This document shows positions 63,201 to 64,000 of a DNA stretch of 64,000 bases, piece after piece. Origin of the DNA: Eledone cirrhosa (Eukaryota). The stretch's first letter is position 1, and every line of letters begins with the position of its first letter. The notes below the pieces were generated by a model that was not told the origin of the DNA, made no database searches, and saw nothing but the letters and a program-made list of their open reading frames with translations. The position numbers were made by a program, and so were the translations under genes. The stretch spans positions 52,266,001-52,330,000 of the forward strand of contig OZ024740.1 in NCBI GenBank assembly GCA_964016885.1, written 5' to 3'.

Positions 63201-64000
63201 TAGTTAAGGAACGGTTGACGGGTGCAGTCGTCAACAGCAGGTGGTGGGTATCTCTCAGGAGAGAGATTAGATTAGTGTCGATAGGTTATAGTAAGGAACT
63301 AGCCTCGGATAGGAATAGAAAGGAAAGGGAGTTGATAGCTAATGTAGAAGAGGCATTTAGGAGCGGAGACGTTGCCAAAGTGCTAGCGTCGAGAACGGCC
63401 TTGAGCCAGTTTTTCGACGCGAAGCACAAAGGCTGCGTCGTCCAAAGCAAAATGCGTGCGCTAGGAAACGAGGGGACCAAAGCTGTTAGCTGGGCCCGCG
63501 TGACAGAAGCCAAGAGTGGAATTAAATCCGCCATCCGGTCTGTGTGAGACCAGGATGGACGGACGATCCTTGAACCTGAGCAGATGTGTGAGGCCTTTCA
63601 GGAGTACTTCGCTCAATTGTTCGGGAGGGGCGGGTGGCCGGACGGGGGTGTGGATTTCGGTCCATACCTCGACGGCCTGCCGCGTCTTTCGAACGAGGGG
63701 GCGAGGTCCTGTGAGGGGCCGATCTCATCTTCTGAAATAGGGAGCGTGCTAAGCCTATGCGGCAAGCGCAAATCTCCAGGCTTCGATGGTCTGCTCTACG
63801 AATTCTATATTAGCATGCTGGACTTGTTCTCCGATCTCCTCGAGGCGGTCTACTGCAACTGGCAACAGAGCGGGGGAATTCCCCGTTCTGTGACCAAGGG
63901 CGTAGTCTCGCTAGAGAGGAAGGACGAGAGCAATGGGGACGATATTAGTAATTTTAGGCCCATAACCCTGCTTAATGCAGAGTTAAAGATTTTGGCCAAT
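60298..64000 (+). mobile_element. Tx1/L1-like retrotransposon copy D, decayed, runs off the window
   Basis: ORF1 knuckle CFLCGVRGHVRAVC; ORF2 from 62407 (CLNVHGL, VGDWN, YLDR, SDHK) to FRPITLLNAE. Confidence 0.88.

Overview
Gene-poor, AT-rich eukaryotic DNA made almost entirely of microsatellites and nested retrotransposons. The tRNA-SINE and repeat landscape resemble octopus/cephalopod genomes, which is an inference. Four groups of elements dominate. (1) R4/Dong-like non-LTR elements with a restriction-like endonuclease: one intact 1216-aa copy heads a head-to-tail chain inserted in (TAA)n, and a second lineage sits in (TACA)n. (2) Four decayed Tx1/L1-like elements (ORF1 with a CCHC knuckle, ORF2 APE-RT); three border (ATT)n on their own sense strand. 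(3) Penelope-like elements: one RT+GIY-YIG ORF and many pseudo-LTR remnants carrying minimal hammerhead ribozyme motifs. (4) tRNA-derived SINEs, CRE/CR1/RTE fragments and small MITEs. The most notable observations are microsatellite partitioning among retroelement lineages, a chimeric Tx1 copy with a swapped 5' module, a splice-donor motif at the ORF1/ORF2 junction of all four Tx1 copies, an intact hammerhead in a tandem pLTR, and a candidate HDV-like fold upstream of the intact R4/Dong ORF. No host gene is confidently seen. All alignments and folds were done by eye.
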